From Eledone cirrhosa (taxonomy: Eukaryota): a stretch of DNA of 64,000 bases. Of this stretch, positions 63,298 through 64,000 are shown piece by piece. The notes under the pieces are model-generated. The model made no database searches and was not told where the DNA came from. It saw only the letters and a list, made by a program, of their open reading frames with translations. Positions within the stretch are counted from its first letter, which is position 1, and each line of letters begins with the position of its first letter. The stretch spans positions 224,192,001 to 224,256,000 of the forward strand of contig OZ024743.1 of the NCBI GenBank assembly GCA_964016885.1. Direction: 5' to 3'. Made by a program: the position numbers and the translations under genes.

Positions 63298-64000
63298 CTT
63301 TAAATGAAATAAAACAGAATATTTGTTATAAAATTGTCAAATCACGAATGTAGAACAATTAAACAAAAAATATCTAAAAGCTGGTTTGTTAATTCAAACA
63401 TCAACACCTTTTAATGTCTATTTTCCATGCTTCCATGGCTTAGATGAGTTGTAAAGGTGTAAGGCTAGACAGGTCAGATGACCACATCTAGCTCATGTGT
63501 TCTGTTTTTGAAGATAGGTTTACTAATTCAATATGCCACATTTGCCTGAGTGTGGTTGGCAACTATCAAAGCTGCTTCCTGGTCATTCCCAAATGATACC
63601 AGAATGTTTATAGTATCTTTACTAGTAGATAAATCCTTGTGAAAATTTGCAATATTAGTTTAAAGACTTTAATTTTTAATGTAATGCAGTCATAGAGCTA
63701 TTTTATACTATCAAGAATGTCTTGCTAATGGGATTTCATGAGGTACAAGGGTTAAGAGTTAAGAGAAAAGAGATACTGGGTAAATAAATGTAAAACTGAT
63801 GATAATGATGATGATATATGTGCAGGCATGGCTGTGTGGTTAAGGAGTTCTCTTTGCAACCCCATGGTTTTAGTCCCACTGTACAGCACCTTAAGCAGGT
63901 GTCTTCCATTACAACCTTAGGTTGATCAATGCCTTCTGAGTATAATGTAGTAGGCAGAAACTGCAGAAACCTGTCATATATATATACTTAATAATAATAG

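Overview
AT-rich, repeat-dense animal genomic DNA; the SINE/LINE content resembles coleoid cephalopods (Octopus-like, an inference). It holds three host genes: intronless DRAP1 (NC2-alpha) on the minus strand (18427-19143), a complete 16-coding-exon IGHMBP2 helicase on the plus strand (39095-55967, about 1005 aa), and the last five coding exons of a convergent BBS7 (59073-63297). Between DRAP1 and IGHMBP2 lie a nested transposon cluster (a CR1 LINE interrupted by a Gypsy-like LTR element and a hAT element), a near-intact full-length CR1 LINE and a mariner remnant. The strongest unusual signals are: (1) the last BBS7 intron has U12-type donor and branch sites but apparently AT-AT termini; (2) three minimal type-I hammerhead ribozyme motifs lie in the first 2.3 kb, two of them mirrored in a 148-bp inverted repeat, consistent with Penelope-like pseudo-LTRs; (3) several hairpins, a locally templated insertion, a polyQ/H-expanded LINE ORF1 and an extra C2HC finger in IGHMBP2. 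All calls come from manual reading with no database searches, and repeat boundaries are approximate.
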